Assembly (NCBI RefSeq): GCF_964355755.1
Contig: NC_092679.1
Span: forward strand, 18,459,432-18,523,431
Direction: 5' to 3'
Length of the DNA stretch: 64,000 bases
Source: Antedon mediterranea
Lineage: Eukaryota > Animalia > Echinodermata
In this document: in pieces, positions 1-14,000 of the stretch
Numbering within the stretch: position 1 is the first letter of the stretch
Layout of the letters: the number at the start of each line of letters is the position of its first letter
Position numbers and translations under genes: made by a program
Notes under the pieces: model-generated
Database searches by the model: none
Seen by the model: the letters and a program-made list of their open reading frames with translations, nothing else
Told to the model about the DNA's origin: nothing

Positions 1-235
1 GGAGATTGTGAAAAGAAAGTTAGCCTACTTTGGCCACATCATAAGAGGAAAGCGGCATTGCACTAACACTGCAGACATTAGAAGGAAAGGTAGACAGGAA
101 GAGAAAGAAAAGAACGTCAAAGAATGGACAGGATTGAATTTAGTGCAAACCAAGCTTCTTACTCACAGACCTGCTTGGAAGAAAGAGATAAGATGTGGAC
201 AGATGGTAGCCAATTGTCAGTATTGACGGCGGCCG
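1..235 (+). mobile_element. Degenerate 3' fragment of an RTE-clade LINE ORF
   Basis: Translation KRKLAYFGHIIRG...(frameshifted) EGKV...VKEWTGL...W resembles the conserved C-terminus of RTE-type reverse transcriptases. Confidence 0.65.
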
Positions 236-287
236 AACTTGATGTTTAATTACATGTGGTTGCTATCAATTGACATAGGCTTCTTGG

Positions 288-396
288 CAGTGGCGTAGCG
301 GCTACGAGTGCTCACTGGTTAAATTCAGGGGTCTCAGAGCTTAAGAGGCCCCATGCAATTACCCATCATTGGAGGGCCCCTTGTGTTACGGCACTG
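288..396. mobile_element. Small hAT-like MITE
   Basis: Imperfect TIRs CAGTGGCGTAGC / GTTACGGCACTG; 8-bp flanks CTTCTTGG / CTTCTCTG match 6 of 8 (possible TSD). Confidence 0.5.
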
Positions 397-2565
397 CTTC
401 TCTGGAGAATGGCTATAGCAACACAAATATTAAGCAGTGACTCTCCAATAGACTTTCCAGACTACACTTCCAAACATGAATCCACTTGAATCCACTTGGC
501 CAAGATGTGTTTTAAACAAAAATTCAGAGTATTTTTAATATGATTTTATCTTCTGAATTTACTTGTATTGTTTAGGCATATACCTTGTGTATTGTTTTAT
601 CTTGTTTTTGATTTAAATGTTTTTATATTGTTGTAAATGTACTTTGATTTATTGGTGACTTATTAAGTAACGGTTCTTTTGAAATGAAAAACTAACATGG
701 TTAATAACAAAAATAAACTAAAGGCCTTATTATCAGTATAGTATGGTGGGTGGATTGACCGGTAGGAGCTAAAAAAAATTAGTTTATCATACTGTACCAC
801 ATTCTAAAATTTTACACATATTTAAGAGCATTGTTTGCAATGAAATGCTTAAGATATTTAGCCATTTTAGCGACGTCATTTACACATAGTAACACCAAAA
901 AGAAATATTTACTAAGGTCAAACTGGAGGTAAAAAATGGAGTACCGTAAATGATAGAACAAGCGCCACCAAGCTTACGATATTTATTCAACTGCCATGTT
1001 TAATTTAATAATGTATTTCCATAACAGACACATGAGCGGTATCATGTCTAGCGACAATAAACATAATGCAGTATCGTGTCTTCTGACAGCAAACTTCATC
1101 CCATACTGTAGTTTTCTGACAGATTATATAGGTTAAGTTCATATTTATGAGTTAGGTGGTATGGTCTTGTCGCAGCTAACACACACAATACATGAGAATC
1201 GGCTAAATTTTTTAATGGTTTTATCATAGTTAATTGTAGGACTTCAGTGTTTGTTCGATCATTTACGATATTAGCCCAATGGTGGGTTCAGATTTGTACC
1301 TATTTCTAATATTTTTTTCAAGTATTCTCAATCTTTGTTTTAATTACCATTAATTGTTTTTATGGTATCACTATATATACTACACTGATTTGCTAAAAAG
1401 TGCCAATTAATTCAAAATGTTATTTAAAAAAAATTCTATTTTCAATGGAAATTAAAGACAAAGAATTAATTATTATCACAACATATTGTCAGCTAAGACA
1501 CTTCTTAAAATAAGTAGGACTATATTACATTAAATTATTAATTTAAAAACATGTATAATTAATAATAATAATACTAATAATAGAATAGATTAATAATTTA
1601 AAAATTCCTATCCAAGAACAGGGTACAGGTCTATAAACAGGTTGGGAAAAAATATACAAACATATCAAGATTCAGTTATATTATATTCAATTGAATAATT
1701 CCTATACTATTTTTGTCTTCTATATATATCAAATTAAACAATATCCTAGAATTTCTACGTTATTGAGACAATTATGTGCATTTTCTATAATTTGTCTATT
1801 TCGATCGTCGTCGTATATATATTCAGATACAGTCAGAGGTCACAACCCAATCTGAACTTGTTTAAAATACAGTACTGGGCCTTCAGTAAGATTCATATTC
1901 CGAAAGATGTCAATCATATGACTGTAAACAAATGTCTTTCGTTAACTTCGTATTTTTTTTTTCCTCATAAGGCTAAATATCGGGAAGTCTTTAGTAAACC
2001 TCGCAAACATTTATCCATTTACAAATTGATTATCGCACTGTTTGAGCAAGAATCCCGCATATGACTTTACATGATACGCCGATTTTTCAAACAACGTGTA
2101 GCTCTTGCAAAAAAACAGACTGATTCTCACAATAATGTTATCGGATTTATGGTGATGATGCAAACAAGATAGATGATCTAAAGTCTCGCAACAAGCTGAT
2201 CATATTCCAAAATCTCATTGTCTCGCATCAACTGAACATGTTGAATGTTCAGAGATTTCCAACAAATTACAATATCATCTGTGCATCTGTGATCTCATAA
2301 CTCGCAAACGAAATATGCTGATCCTCATTGCAAAAAAAACTGTGATCATAAATAAAGTGATATCACTTATAGATGATCTTTTGAAAGATACTACAGTAGA
2401 TTCAAATGTTCACGTATTTCCAGTGGCGAGACTACCAAGTTGCTACACATTATGATATGTTTGCTGCCATCCGGTTCTTGCGAAATATATCTATCTAGCG
2501 TAGTACATCAATAATTCTATGCTTCCAAGTATTCAGTGGGAATTTTCATTTTATCTACACACAGG

Positions 2566-2677
2566 TTGGCTATTCCAATAATAATCTTGCTCCCTCTGTT
2601 ATAACCAGAATGTTTATCTACATTTATATGCAGGGTGGCTATTCCAATAATAATCTTGCTCCCCTCTGTTGTAACCA
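2566..2677. repeat. Local direct duplication of about 42 bp
   Basis: GGCTATTCCAATAATAATCTTGCTCCC..TCTGTT.TAACCA occurs twice, about 67 bp apart. Confidence 0.8.
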
Positions 2678-4138
2678 CTTGTTAGTGGGTTTTGGTTTGT
2701 AACAATGTTGGAAGCTGTTGTTTTGTGTTATTCAGTATTCTACAAATAAAAAGTACTTTATTTATGGTTGGTTTCCATTGAGATAGAAATGGATACTCAC
2801 AAAAACATTGGTTTCGGTAAAACATTTTGCGCATGCGGCCTCAATTTAATCATGCATCAAGACATTCATTTAAAAGGGCCATAAATGGTTTCATTTTGGT
2901 AAAAAATATGCTGTGTTTTGCTTTACCTTGTTATAAACATATTACAGTACCAACTACTTTTGATTGGAGTGGAGTTTAACTCCATAAAACACGGCCTTAT
3001 TCTCTCCGAAGAGAGTTCTCAAAATACCTGCCCATTTTGTATAGTTTTTTCAACGATTGCCTTTAATAAGTGGGAGTTTTTCAAACAGACTACCATATTC
3101 ATTGATATTGAGGCGTACAACAAACAAATGTGTATTTTTATATTGCTAAATAAGTCCGATGAAATTCAATTGAGGAAATTGGGGTTATATCCTCCACAGA
3201 CCCATGGTGCTGAGACGGACCAGTATATGTGGGTGTAACATATTCTTCAAGTGCACAAGAACAAGATTTAAGGAGAGCTTCAAACCTGTGACGATATCAT
3301 GGCTACAGTACGTGGTACCCTTGCCTTAACCGCTCAGTCACTCAACTTAATAAAAAATAAGTTTAAACAAACCTAGGTCATTTGTCTACATCACTTCGAC
3401 TGGCTAGTGTAGATAGTTTAGGAATAAGTGACTTAGTCTGAAAATAAAAATAGTATTGCATTAAGAAAAAATACTGTTAATGTAGATACAGTATTAATTT
3501 ACCAATAGCTAACTGTCTTGTTGGCGTATGCGATTGAACAATGGGAAGACGACTTGCACCCATGTGAAAGACTCCTTAGTAAATATGCTTGCTGTTGCTG
3601 TCAGTGCCTTGTCCTTCGGATGGGACATTACGCTGCATTGATCATATTTGTACACTATTTGAGAAGTTAACGGGATTATCTGCACTACAACTAATCAGAA
3701 TTTCCCAGAGTAAAAATAATTACATACATACATATATACTTTTTGGACATTTGGAAAATCCTTGATAAACCACGGTTCTAGAGACCTCAAAGATCGGTTT
3801 ATATGTGCGAACAAGGTTTTGTACATATACAGAAATTACAGACACACTAAAATGTATTAACAATTTGTGGTGAATACAAAAGCGTGTGTATATAATGTGA
3901 CACACATCTGGTACTGATACATTGCACGCACGCACATAGAAACTTCAGCGTGAAATATGTTTCCATTAACATTGAGTAACAAATGGTACCAATCTTTTAC
4001 TTCCATCCGATGGAAAAAGCCAATGAGTTTTAAGCAGATTTGTGATCTGGCATTTGGCCGTACCAACATGCTAAGCACAGTTACTTATTGCTTATTTTCA
4101 GTGCTATAGCATAGGATATAAATCCATCCACGATTCTT

Positions 4139-4283
4139 CAGTAGAACCCCTCCTTTGTGATACTCCTATTCTGGGGACCTCTTGGAAAGTTTTTGTGAAA
4201 AAAAAAACGAGGGGCAACACTGCGGCCAACCTAATCAGGGAACACTTTGTCCCGAAGGTGTCCCCTTAATAGGAGTTCTACTG
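4139..4283. mobile_element. Tc1/mariner(pogo)-like MITE, family CAGTAGAAC
   Basis: Ends CAGTAGAACCCC / GGAGTTCTACTG followed by TA; related copies at 20548, 30547, 31582 and 8980-9367. Confidence 0.6.
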
Positions 4284-5885
4284 TATACATAATTGACAAC
4301 AATCTATTAATATGATACAATTTATATTTAATGTAATATAAAATTCACCAGCTTTGCAATTCATGCTAAATCATTTAGCCCATGCAAAACAATTTCTTTA
4401 ATTTAACTGTATTTGTTTATACTTGTCATTTCAAAAGTATTGATAAAGCAAGACAAAAGCTAGGCAAAATAAGTAGAGCTTGAATTGCAAAAATGGCTGA
4501 ATTTTGCCAAGAAATTAAAAAATTAAAATCAAGTAATTAGTAAATTGAAAATTATAAATTGTATTGAACTAATAATTTCAACTGAAAAAGAAGTAGAAAA
4601 TCTACATTTATAAAGTAAATGTTACAATTTTTAAATTTTTTTAAAGAATTAATAATTAAAAAGATGATACTACAGTCCAACATAAAATTATTTTGAAATA
4701 AAATTTTGCGATTTAAAGCCAGTTGGATAAGGAAACAAAATTGCAGCTCATATTTCTTTATTTCTTTACGCTGTATAAATTTAACCGTTAGCAACTTGTT
4801 AGCATGATTCTGGATCTGTTGATTGGTTTAAGAACCATCCAATCAGATGAACCAAGTCATGAGCATTAACATTTTAACTGATGTCATTGGAAAGATGAAT
4901 TGAGGTCGCTGAATTAGTTTCATTTAGCATTAAGCCATAGCCTACAGTACATGCAACCAGGGATTTATATAATTTTTCGTCTAAAACCATTTAAAATCAG
5001 TACCAAATTGGATAAATTTTCACGCACTGATTACTTACACAAAACATGCCAGAACATCCTTTTCACTTTTGTTATTTATCCTGAGTTTCAGAGGGACATT
5101 TTTGTCACTGAGCCCATCTTCAAAATTTCATAATTTACCTCTACAAACACCTTTACATCTGTCCTATTTGAGCTTTAATGTTAGCCTATAGGGCATGGCC
5201 CCCTTTTTTCGTTTCTATTTGTAGATGCAAAGCTTGTTCTAAGCGGTTTAAATACACAATTTAAGTAATACATTTAAAACAACTTGCCTTGATATTCATC
5301 ATTATCGGATACGACAGATTTTCCTAAAAATTCAATTAAACAATTCACATACAGAAAAAGACGCAGAGTGAAGGATATAACTATATTAGAGTGTGAGTAC
5401 TTCAATAGATTTAATTTAATTGTTACTTTATGTATACAGTACCAATATCTATTGAGAAACTGGTGTGTTATAACATTATAACAGGTAATTGCCATATTGG
5501 TGTGCTTAGCTCATCCCTGAATTTATACCCAGGTAATAGACATGCAAATGCTCCCTGTAATTTACCAAATGATATGAAAAGATTGATTGTAACCTGAAAA
5601 GGTTTTAATAGAATCATAAAAAATTGATAAAATAATTGACTTAATTTTTTTTAAATGTTTACGGTGGCCCATAAGTGTCATGAAAACTTTCAAAGGTTTC
5701 ACCAAGACACCTATGGGCCACTGTAAAAAATTCAGACATTTTCAGGATACAAAATGGTTGAAAATGGATGGCAACTATATGATGATAAAATAACAATGCG
5801 ACGAAGATGCAAACAAATTGCAGAATGAGTAGTGTGGTGGAAAAGAGAGAAAATTGAGTGAAATGAACGTGTACACCTTTCCTCC

Positions 5886-5910
5886 TCACCTTATCCCAGT
5901 GGCTTGAAAC
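5886..5910 (-). CDS. RGS7: RGS7-like putative terminal micro-exon (FQATGIR*)
   Basis: Acceptor ttgttcag; phase fits the 6933-6967 exon; a gtgag donor overlaps the stop codon. Tentative. Confidence 0.3.
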
Positions 5911-6932
5911 CTGAACAAATCACGGGTATTTAAAGTAAAAAATATACACATAGAAAAAGAAAAGACAAACTTTGGTCAACATATATTTACAAGGAACATG
6001 CAAAATGCATTATCCAATCACCAGAAATGTAGGAAATACAGTATAAACATTTTACTTCGTAAATGCAAAATAAGAGTTAATTTTCAATCAAAATGCATAA
6101 CAAGGAATAATAATATTACATTTTATAATAATTAATTATGACCCAAGTGATGGGGGAGGGTGCAAAGGAATCGATTTTGCAATACTGGCATGCTTCATTG
6201 TTTGTAAAGTAATAGGCCTACTGTAAATAACTTCCTACATCATATATAATTTCCTTAAGTTTTGTATAACAACCTTCCATTGGACTCAGTACATACAGTA
6301 CATCCAATAACATTACATCATAAAGATATGAATATTTACATTTAAGTACAAAGTGTGTTTAAATTCCATGCCCAACTTATCCTGAAAACATTAATATTTA
6401 ACTCATAAATTCTTTTCATTTTTTTCTCTTCTTAACTGGTATACTAAATTGTTTTCTTTCTGGCTTTAAAATTCATTATTTAAATTATAATATCTCTATG
6501 TTTTAATGAATGATTAACAGAATGTATGGTATTACTATAACTTGTAAATTCATCCTTGAATAAATAGTTATGAACAGTATTATTTATTTTTTTTTAAATG
6601 ACAGTTGAATATTCATGCATGAAAACTCATTCATTCCACAGTGGGCAGTAAAATGATAAATTGTGCACAATAAATGAAAAATTCCTTGAAAATTGTGATT
6701 TTACTTCAAGAACCTGGGAATTGTAAAGCTAGTGTTTGTTAACAACAAGAATACATTAGGAAGACTTATTCATATAAAAAAGCACTAATGTTGTTATTGC
6801 ATTTTTTATAGTTCATGCCGTGAGGTAATTTCCCGATTGATCGTAATCAAAACGGTACTGGGTTTGGTCTACTAGCGTTCCTGCTCCCAACCAGTACATC
6901 CATTCATAGAAGCCTTAATGAAGTAAGCCTAC

Positions 6933-6967
6933 CTGGTGGTGGCCATAGAACGGTCCCGAGATAACGA
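6933..6967 (-). CDS. RGS7: RGS7-like putative C-terminal exon (SLSRDRSMATT)
   Basis: Acceptor aaaatag, donor gtaggc, phase-0 start; no recognisable homology. Confidence 0.4.
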
Positions 6968-7178
6968 CTATTTTCTTTTACGTCGCGAAAGAAAATGAAA
7001 ACACAGCTGTAAGTTTAATCAACAATTTGGTTACCTACTTTACCATTAGATTAAATTAAGTTTGTATTATATAGTATTTTAATATTTTCATAGATGTACA
7101 GTTATTATTACTCTATGGATTCAGAATTAAATAATTAATTGAATTTAATTAGACACAAAGAAATATTGCGGAACTTAC

Positions 7179-7380
7179 CTTTTTCTTTGGACTTAAAAGT
7201 TCCTTGTACTGTTCAGATTTGAGAAACCTAGGATAGCTGTCTGTCTTCATTAATTCGTGAATATGGTCCTCAGCCGCGTCAAATGCGTACCTTCCTGCCG
7301 TCTCCATGTGTTTCCGAGTCTCGTCCATAACGCGAGAGTCAATGTTGATGGGGCAGGGAGCATCCGCAGATAAAAAGTCC
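7179..7380 (-). CDS. RGS7: RGS7-like exon, RGS domain C-terminal part
   Basis: DFLSADAPCPINIDS...FDAAEDHIHELMKTDSYPRFLKSEQYKELLSPKKK; ag/gt boundaries, 202 nt. Confidence 0.93.
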
Positions 7381-7721
7381 CTATGAAAAGTTAGTCAGAA
7401 ACATTTTTTTAAATCAGTAAAAGCTAAAATGTTAAAGATGTACAGTATTGTCCACCAAAAACTTAAAAAATGAAGTAGTAATGTAGTTTTAATAAAGTTA
7501 ATTCATTTCCGTATAAAAAGACATTTTTTTTTAATACCAAAAATAAATCCATTGCAGTTTTTTCAGGTAAACAAATTTGTTTAGGTCCAATCTTTAGTGT
7601 AGTGGATAACTATTATGTGACATTAAAATGGCATTTTCAACAACAACAAAAATAAAAATTATTTTTCAGGGGGACAATACATCTTTAATAGTTACATCAT
7701 ATAATTAATACAAAAACTCAC

Positions 7722-7796
7722 TCCCATATCTGTCGTGTTTTTTGTTGCATCATTTTCATCGGAGATGCCTTCAGTTCTTGACTGGCAATCCAAAAC
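7722..7796 (-). CDS. RGS7: RGS7-like exon, RGS domain
   Basis: FWIASQELKASPMKMMQQKTRQIW; tctcag/gtgagt. Confidence 0.9.
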
Positions 7797-8522
7797 CTGA
7801 GAGATTACAATATTTTAAATTAAGAAAATCGCAAAACAAATTTAGAATGTCCGAGTTTTAAACATCAGTCAGATTCTATTTTGAGAATCCGGATGCAGAA
7901 TGCTAAAAAAGAGAACAAATTTCACAACAACAAATGTAATTATTTATAAATATAGTTTTCTATGAGAAGCAGTGGCAATTACCACAAGCATGTTAACCTT
8001 TAAAGGTCTTCGCTAGGTTTAGAATCGTGGATTAAATGACAGCTATAGACTATAATCTTGTTATATGCAAAGCATTACCGTACTCCACGACAACACACGC
8101 TGTATCGAGAGTTATAAATACCCATGAAAATAGTCCCAGACAATTCGATCAGACTATATCTTCCATTCAAACAACGCACAGCACAAGCAATCGTGGAGCA
8201 ATTAGGAAGAAGCGAGTATTTAAAATATCCGTTTCTGAATGGATATTAAAAATACAGTTATTTGCATAACAAACAAGCAAATGGTGAACCTATTTTAGCC
8301 ATGGAGATTTTATTACAACTGGAACTACAGTGTATTTTCACACCTGGAAGTTCAATGTCCATCTTGCAGATACTGATTTTCATTCTTTTGTAAAAGCATT
8401 GGTGAATAATATTATTATTAAAAGAAATAATGACATAATACATCCTAAATGTTATCTATTAATGTGAACATAAACAACCAGACATTTTATAAGTAGCAAT
8501 GGTTCAAGTAAAGACTACTAAC

Positions 8523-8655
8523 TTTATTTTTATTTTATTTATTTTTTGTTTATTCAATTTTCTGCCATATACAATACAAAGAAGACAAAACAAATATAAA
8601 AGGCAAGGAAAGACCAAACAGGTGCTAAACACCTATGCTAGTCGGTCAACCCAGA
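8523..8655 (-). mobile_element. 3'-end remnant of a CR1/L2-group LINE or LINE-derived SINE
   Basis: Minus strand has hairpin AGGTGTTTAGCACCT, then AAAATTGAATAAA and an AATAA-type tail, the same layout as the 3' end of the 10806-14355 LINE. Confidence 0.45.
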
Positions 8656-8979
8656 AAAGAGCACAGAATTGAAAAAAAAATTACATTCTACAATTAAAGC
8701 ATATACAAGAAAGTGACCAACTACACACATTTTCACAATAAAAATAAGTACTGAGATAATTGAAAAATTTGGTTTTAAGTTGCGAATTTCATATAGTAAA
8801 ATTTAAGATAAATTAAGCACTCGGAAACAGAGCTAGAAACTTGTACACAATAATATTTCACAATCAAAATTATTTCATAATAAAATGTTTGCACAATATG
8901 GACATACAATGCTCAAAGACCAGTACAAGGTCGTATCCATTGTTTAATTTTCTTGACAAAGCACACCCCTACTCAAAAG

Positions 8980-9245
8980 ACACTCTATTCAGGGGACACC
9001 TTATTCAGGGAACACCCTATTCAGGGTCCCCTTTATTCAGGGGGAACCTTTATTCAGGGGACAACCTATTCAGGGGACACCCTATTCCGGGTCCCCTTTA
9101 TTCAGAGGGAACCTTTATTCAGGGGACACACTATTCAGGGGACACCCTATTCAGGAACACCTTTATTCAGGGGGAACCTTTATTCAGGGGACACACTATT
9201 CAGGGGACATCCCTATTCAGGGACACCTTTATTTAGGGGGAAAAC
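8980..9245. repeat. Minisatellite of about 16-bp units (TTATTCAGGGGACACC)
   Basis: About 16 degenerate tandem copies; the unit is an internal motif of the CAGTAGAAC MITE family; a terminal GGATTCTACTG ends at 9367. Confidence 0.85.
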
Positions 9246-10067
9246 CAAACTTTCCTATGCAACACAAAAAAAAAAATACATATTTCCACACTAAGGTCAA
9301 CCTTCAGGGAACATTATTTATTAAGGGAACACTTTTTTTATCCTGACCCTTAAAAGGGATTCTACTGTAGTGTTTCCAAAAACTTGGCTTTTTGCTCCGG
9401 GGTTTTACTTTATGATTAAATAGCTTTTAGTTTTTTTATAAAATTGTTTTGTAATCTAAAAACGGGAACAATAAGGAAGCCACTCCCATGCAGTAGATAG
9501 TCATCCTTTGAATCCAAGGACTTAAAACAATGATGAAACAGAGATTAGAAGTTTATATCCTTTAAAGAGATCATGGAAAGGACATATATATGGGATAGTC
9601 TGAGTCCTACTTAACGGTCTTTCTCAAATGGTTTGACGGTAATATAACTTTTTTTTTTGGGCCTGTTACTGTATATGAATATGGATTTAAATACTGTATT
9701 TTGGAAAAACAGTACTAAATACAGTTATTTACATACGAAACTAACTAATGATGTAAATATTTTAGTCAATAATAAAGCTAATAATTCTCCCATTTTGATC
9801 AAATGAGGAAGTATTTAGGATATATTGAAAACTTTTCTTTTCAAGGTTTCACATGGGTTGGTGAACTATTTGTACTTTCAACAGATTTAACAAAATGTAC
9901 ATAAAATGCCCCTGGATACAAAATAATAGGTTTTGAATTTCACAAGTCATAAATTATACTGGTGCCTACTTAAAATTCTACCAGTTGATAGCAAAGTATT
10001 GTTGCTTAAGAAAAAATCCTTGATTATAATAAATAAATAAATAAACAAGTAGAAATTGATGTTTTAC

Positions 10068-10199
10068 CTTAGATTTTCTCCACTGAATTCTGTTTCTAAG
10101 AATTTCGCAAACTGTTCACGACCTAAAGGATCTCGTAGTAGTTCATCGATACCAAATGTCCATTTTTTCACACGCCATGCAGGCACGTCTTTTAGGCTC
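10068..10199 (-). CDS. RGS7: RGS7-like exon, start of RGS domain
   Basis: SLKDVPAWRVKKWTFGIDELLRDPLGREQFAKFLETEFSGENL; long polypyrimidine tract, AAG/GAG NAGNAG acceptor, gtaaaa donor. Confidence 0.92.
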
Positions 10200-10635
10200 C
10201 TTTTACAAAAAAAAAAAACAAAAAATCCTTTAGTTATAAACCTAATACTGTACAACCTTTGTGATTTTTTTTATCGGAAATTGTACAAATGTTGGTTACT
10301 TTTTTAAGGGGCAACTGACCATTGTGCTTTGTTTCTGTATCTGTCTATTGGTCGAATAAATAAATGAAATGAAATTTCAACCGATTTCATGTTTAAAGTA
10401 GGTAAAGCTAATCAGTGCTGTAAATAAATTGTACAGAATTATCAAAAAAAATAATGAATATCAAAACAAATATAATTTTAGGATATGCCCAGATTGTAAA
10501 CAGAAACAATTAGTAAGCAATATTATCTAGAACATATGTTTTAACTAAATGTAGGTCAAGTTATTTAACAATAGCAATAAAAAAAACAAAAACCACAAAA
10601 TCAAGAACTGAATAATATTTTATAATCTCAAGATG

Positions 10636-10805
10636 GCAGATGTTGTTGAAGAAGCAAGATGGCTAGGCACATACACATTCATGCTATTATTTTAAACAGT
10701 ATAAACATGGAGCTATATAGCTCCATGGTATAAAGAATACACTACTGTTAATGAAAGTATTGTCCACACCGGATTTTGTTGAAGAAGATGGCTAGGCCTA
10801 ACTAT
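10636..10805. repeat. Left part of a tandem repeat (about 100-bp unit) interrupted by the LINE
   Basis: Unit ...AAGTATTGTCCACACC.GATTTTGTTGAA.AAGATGGCTAGGCC... recurs at 14356-14550. Confidence 0.75.
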
Positions 10806-11091
10806 TTTTATTTTATTTTATTTTATTCAATTTTCAGGCACAAAAAAACATGACAACAAGACAGCGGTGCAGCACCCTGAGGATTGCCATGAGTGCAAAG
10901 CACTATCGAGATGGCTCTCCATATACTGCACTTGAACAAATAAGTAAACCATAAAAAGACAAAGATATAAAAATTTAAAATTGCGAGGCATCAAGTTGAA
11001 CAATCATTAAAATTGAATCTAAAAAATATATATATATAAATATTATGTACAGATAAAAATGATTGTTTAAAGATAAAAAAAAATAAAAAGT

Positions 11092-14000
11092 TTAAAGTTG
11101 CCTGACATAAGACCGGAGAGCTGTCACAAATGTGTTAAAACTAAATAAAGAATGTTCTCTAATATAATTAGGAATCTCTTGCCATACACGGGGAAAATTA
11201 GTGTACAATGAATATTTAAAAGAATTGGTTCTGGCATATTTGTGTTTAAAAATAACTGATTCGGAATACCTTGGATTAAAATCAACAAAATCGTGAATAT
11301 TAAGATCAATTCGACCATACATACATTTCATAATAAAAAGTATACTGAGAAAACACACTCTCTGGTCCATAGATGGCAAATTTAAATGTTCGAGCCGTTG
11401 CTCGTAATCGCCCTTAGCACACAATTTTGTGATCCTTCGAAGAGGTTTATTTATGCTAGTAATATGTTGTTTTTGATGAGGCACCCAAACAGGGGCAGCA
11501 TACTCAAGTATGGGCCTACATAAACCGTTAAAAAGCCTCATCAAAATTACAGGGTCGTTAAATATCACAAAACGCTTTATGAATCCGACAATTTGGAGAG
11601 ATTTTGTGGTAATTGCGGACACATGCGTTGACCAAGAGAGATTGCTTTCAAAGTGAATACCAAGATATTTGTAGGAGGTAACTGCTTGAAGGTCATTAGT
11701 GTGAATATGATAACGAGCATGAATGGGATTACGTTTGCGAGTAATATGGAGAACTTTGCATTTTTTAGCATTAAGTCTCATCATGTTATTTTGACACCAT
11801 TCATCGATGTTATCTAGATCTTTTTGAAGTAATATCGCATCATATTCACATCTAATTGGCCTGAACACCACCGTATCGTCGGCATATTGTCTAATTTGAG
11901 AGGTGATCGACATAGGGAGGTCAAAAACGAACGAGTTGAAAAGTAATGGGCCAAGTACCGACCCTTGAGGTACACCTGAAACAACTTGTGTACGGTCAGA
12001 TATCAGTCCATTAAGGACAATCTGTTGGCAACGATCAGTAAGAAATGAGCCCATCCATTTCAAAATTGGACCACATAGACCAAAATTGTGGAGCTTACGT
12101 AATAGTTTAGGGTGACTCACACGGTCAAATGCTTTTTCCCAATCAAGGAATATAGCATCGACGACTGGTGGGTTCGTACCATCTAATATTTTGGACCATT
12201 CGTGGTATATGGATGAAGCTTGTGTAACACAAGATCTTCCAGGATAGAACCCGTGCTGTACAGGACTAACAAACGCATTACATTGAAGATGAAATAAAAA
12301 ATGATCAGCCACAATACGTTCTAGAACTTTGCCAACAACTGAACAAAGTGATATTGGTCTATAATTACTTATATCATTTCTACTACCAGATTTAAAAATT
12401 GGTACAACATTGGCCAATTTCCATTCCTTCACCACAATGCCTTGGTCAAGGGACATTTGAAAAATTTTAAGCAAAATTGGGGATATAACAGGTGCAGCCA
12501 TACTCAACATCATAGGGGTAATCCCGTCGGGCCCAGGGGATTTATTAGTATCTAAAGATAACAGGGCACGGAAAATTTGATCCCTATTGATGACAATACT
12601 AGTTAAAGGTAAGACAATTTCACTGTGATTACAATAAGATGTTTCGTTTGTTACATTGAAATCATCATTATCTTCAGTAAAATTAGAATGAAAATATTTC
12701 GAAAATGCTTTAGTAGCATTTAAATCTGAATCTATGATATTGCCGTTTAAAGTATACTTTCTTTCTGTTGCACATTTTCGTTTTTTCTTAACATATGACC
12801 AAAATCGTTTAGGATTAGATTTACAGCCTAAACTAAGATTATGGAGGTAATCATAATGAGACTTTCTCGTAGTTTCACGCAATGCGTTACTAAATTTTCT
12901 GTATTTTTCCCACTTATACATGTTATTCGGATGTTTCTTTGCATCTCGATAAAGGCGTCTCTTTTTACGAGACATTTTAATAATTTCAGTTGTTATCCAG
13001 ATTGATTTTCTGCGAGGTTTGCTTTTAGCTTTGGGTATGCAATCATCAATTGCGGCTAGAAAAAGGTCTTTAAAACAAGCCCAAGTGGAATCTAAGTTAA
13101 GCTGTGTAAAGCAGATATCCCACGGGACTGAATTAAGAGTTTGGAAAAAATCATCATGATTAACCTTTTTATATTGATAAAAATATCTAGGAACTTGTTT
13201 AGGACAGACCAACCGTCCAGCTAAGTCAAAGAAGATACCTATATGATCACTTGTACTAATTCCAGGTTCACCTGTGACATTATGAATAATGTCATTATTA
13301 TTACAGAACACAAGGTCTAACATAGAATGTGATCCATTATTTGCATATCTGGTAGGAAAATTTACAAGTTGAACAAGATTAAGAGATGACATTATATTTT
13401 CAAACTCAATATTACAGTTCGAGTTCGAACCAAAGTCATAATTGAAATCACCAGCGATGATCACAGCAGTATATTTGTGCATGATGGAGAGTATATTGTC
13501 TGAGAGTTCTTGAAAATTGGTTAACCATTCTCTTGATGAACTCGGGGGTCTATAAACACAGCCAAGCAGAATACTTCCTCCAGATACATGGATTTCAGCC
13601 AGTTGAACCTCAATATTAGTGTCAATGTCCACAGATAATACATCTATAGAATGTTTGCATGCTATCAGAACACCACCACCGTGTCTGTTTCTGTCGTTTC
13701 TATGAACACAGTAATCTAACGGGAAAATCTCTGCACTCTTAATCGTTGGATCCAACCATGTTTCAGTCAACAACACTATATCAACATTATTTTCTATCCG
13801 TACTTGAAGATCCTGGATTTTATTAGCAATACTTCGGGCGTTGAACATAGCGATTTTTATGTTGTTGGGTCGGTGGATTTCGTTTAAATCTTTCATTCTG
13901 GAATTCATTGGACCTGGATTTGTTTCAATATCACCAGCAGACAAGATATCAATACTAAAACATGCCGTATGGTTACTGTAATAAGCGATCGGACGTGAGA

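Noticed and set aside
1960-2480. GC-richer stretch that looks like decayed coding or TE sequence
   Set aside because: No recognisable motif in any frame by eye; needs BLASTX
8841-9294. 131-aa and 113-aa ORFs
   Set aside because: Translations of the 16-bp minisatellite
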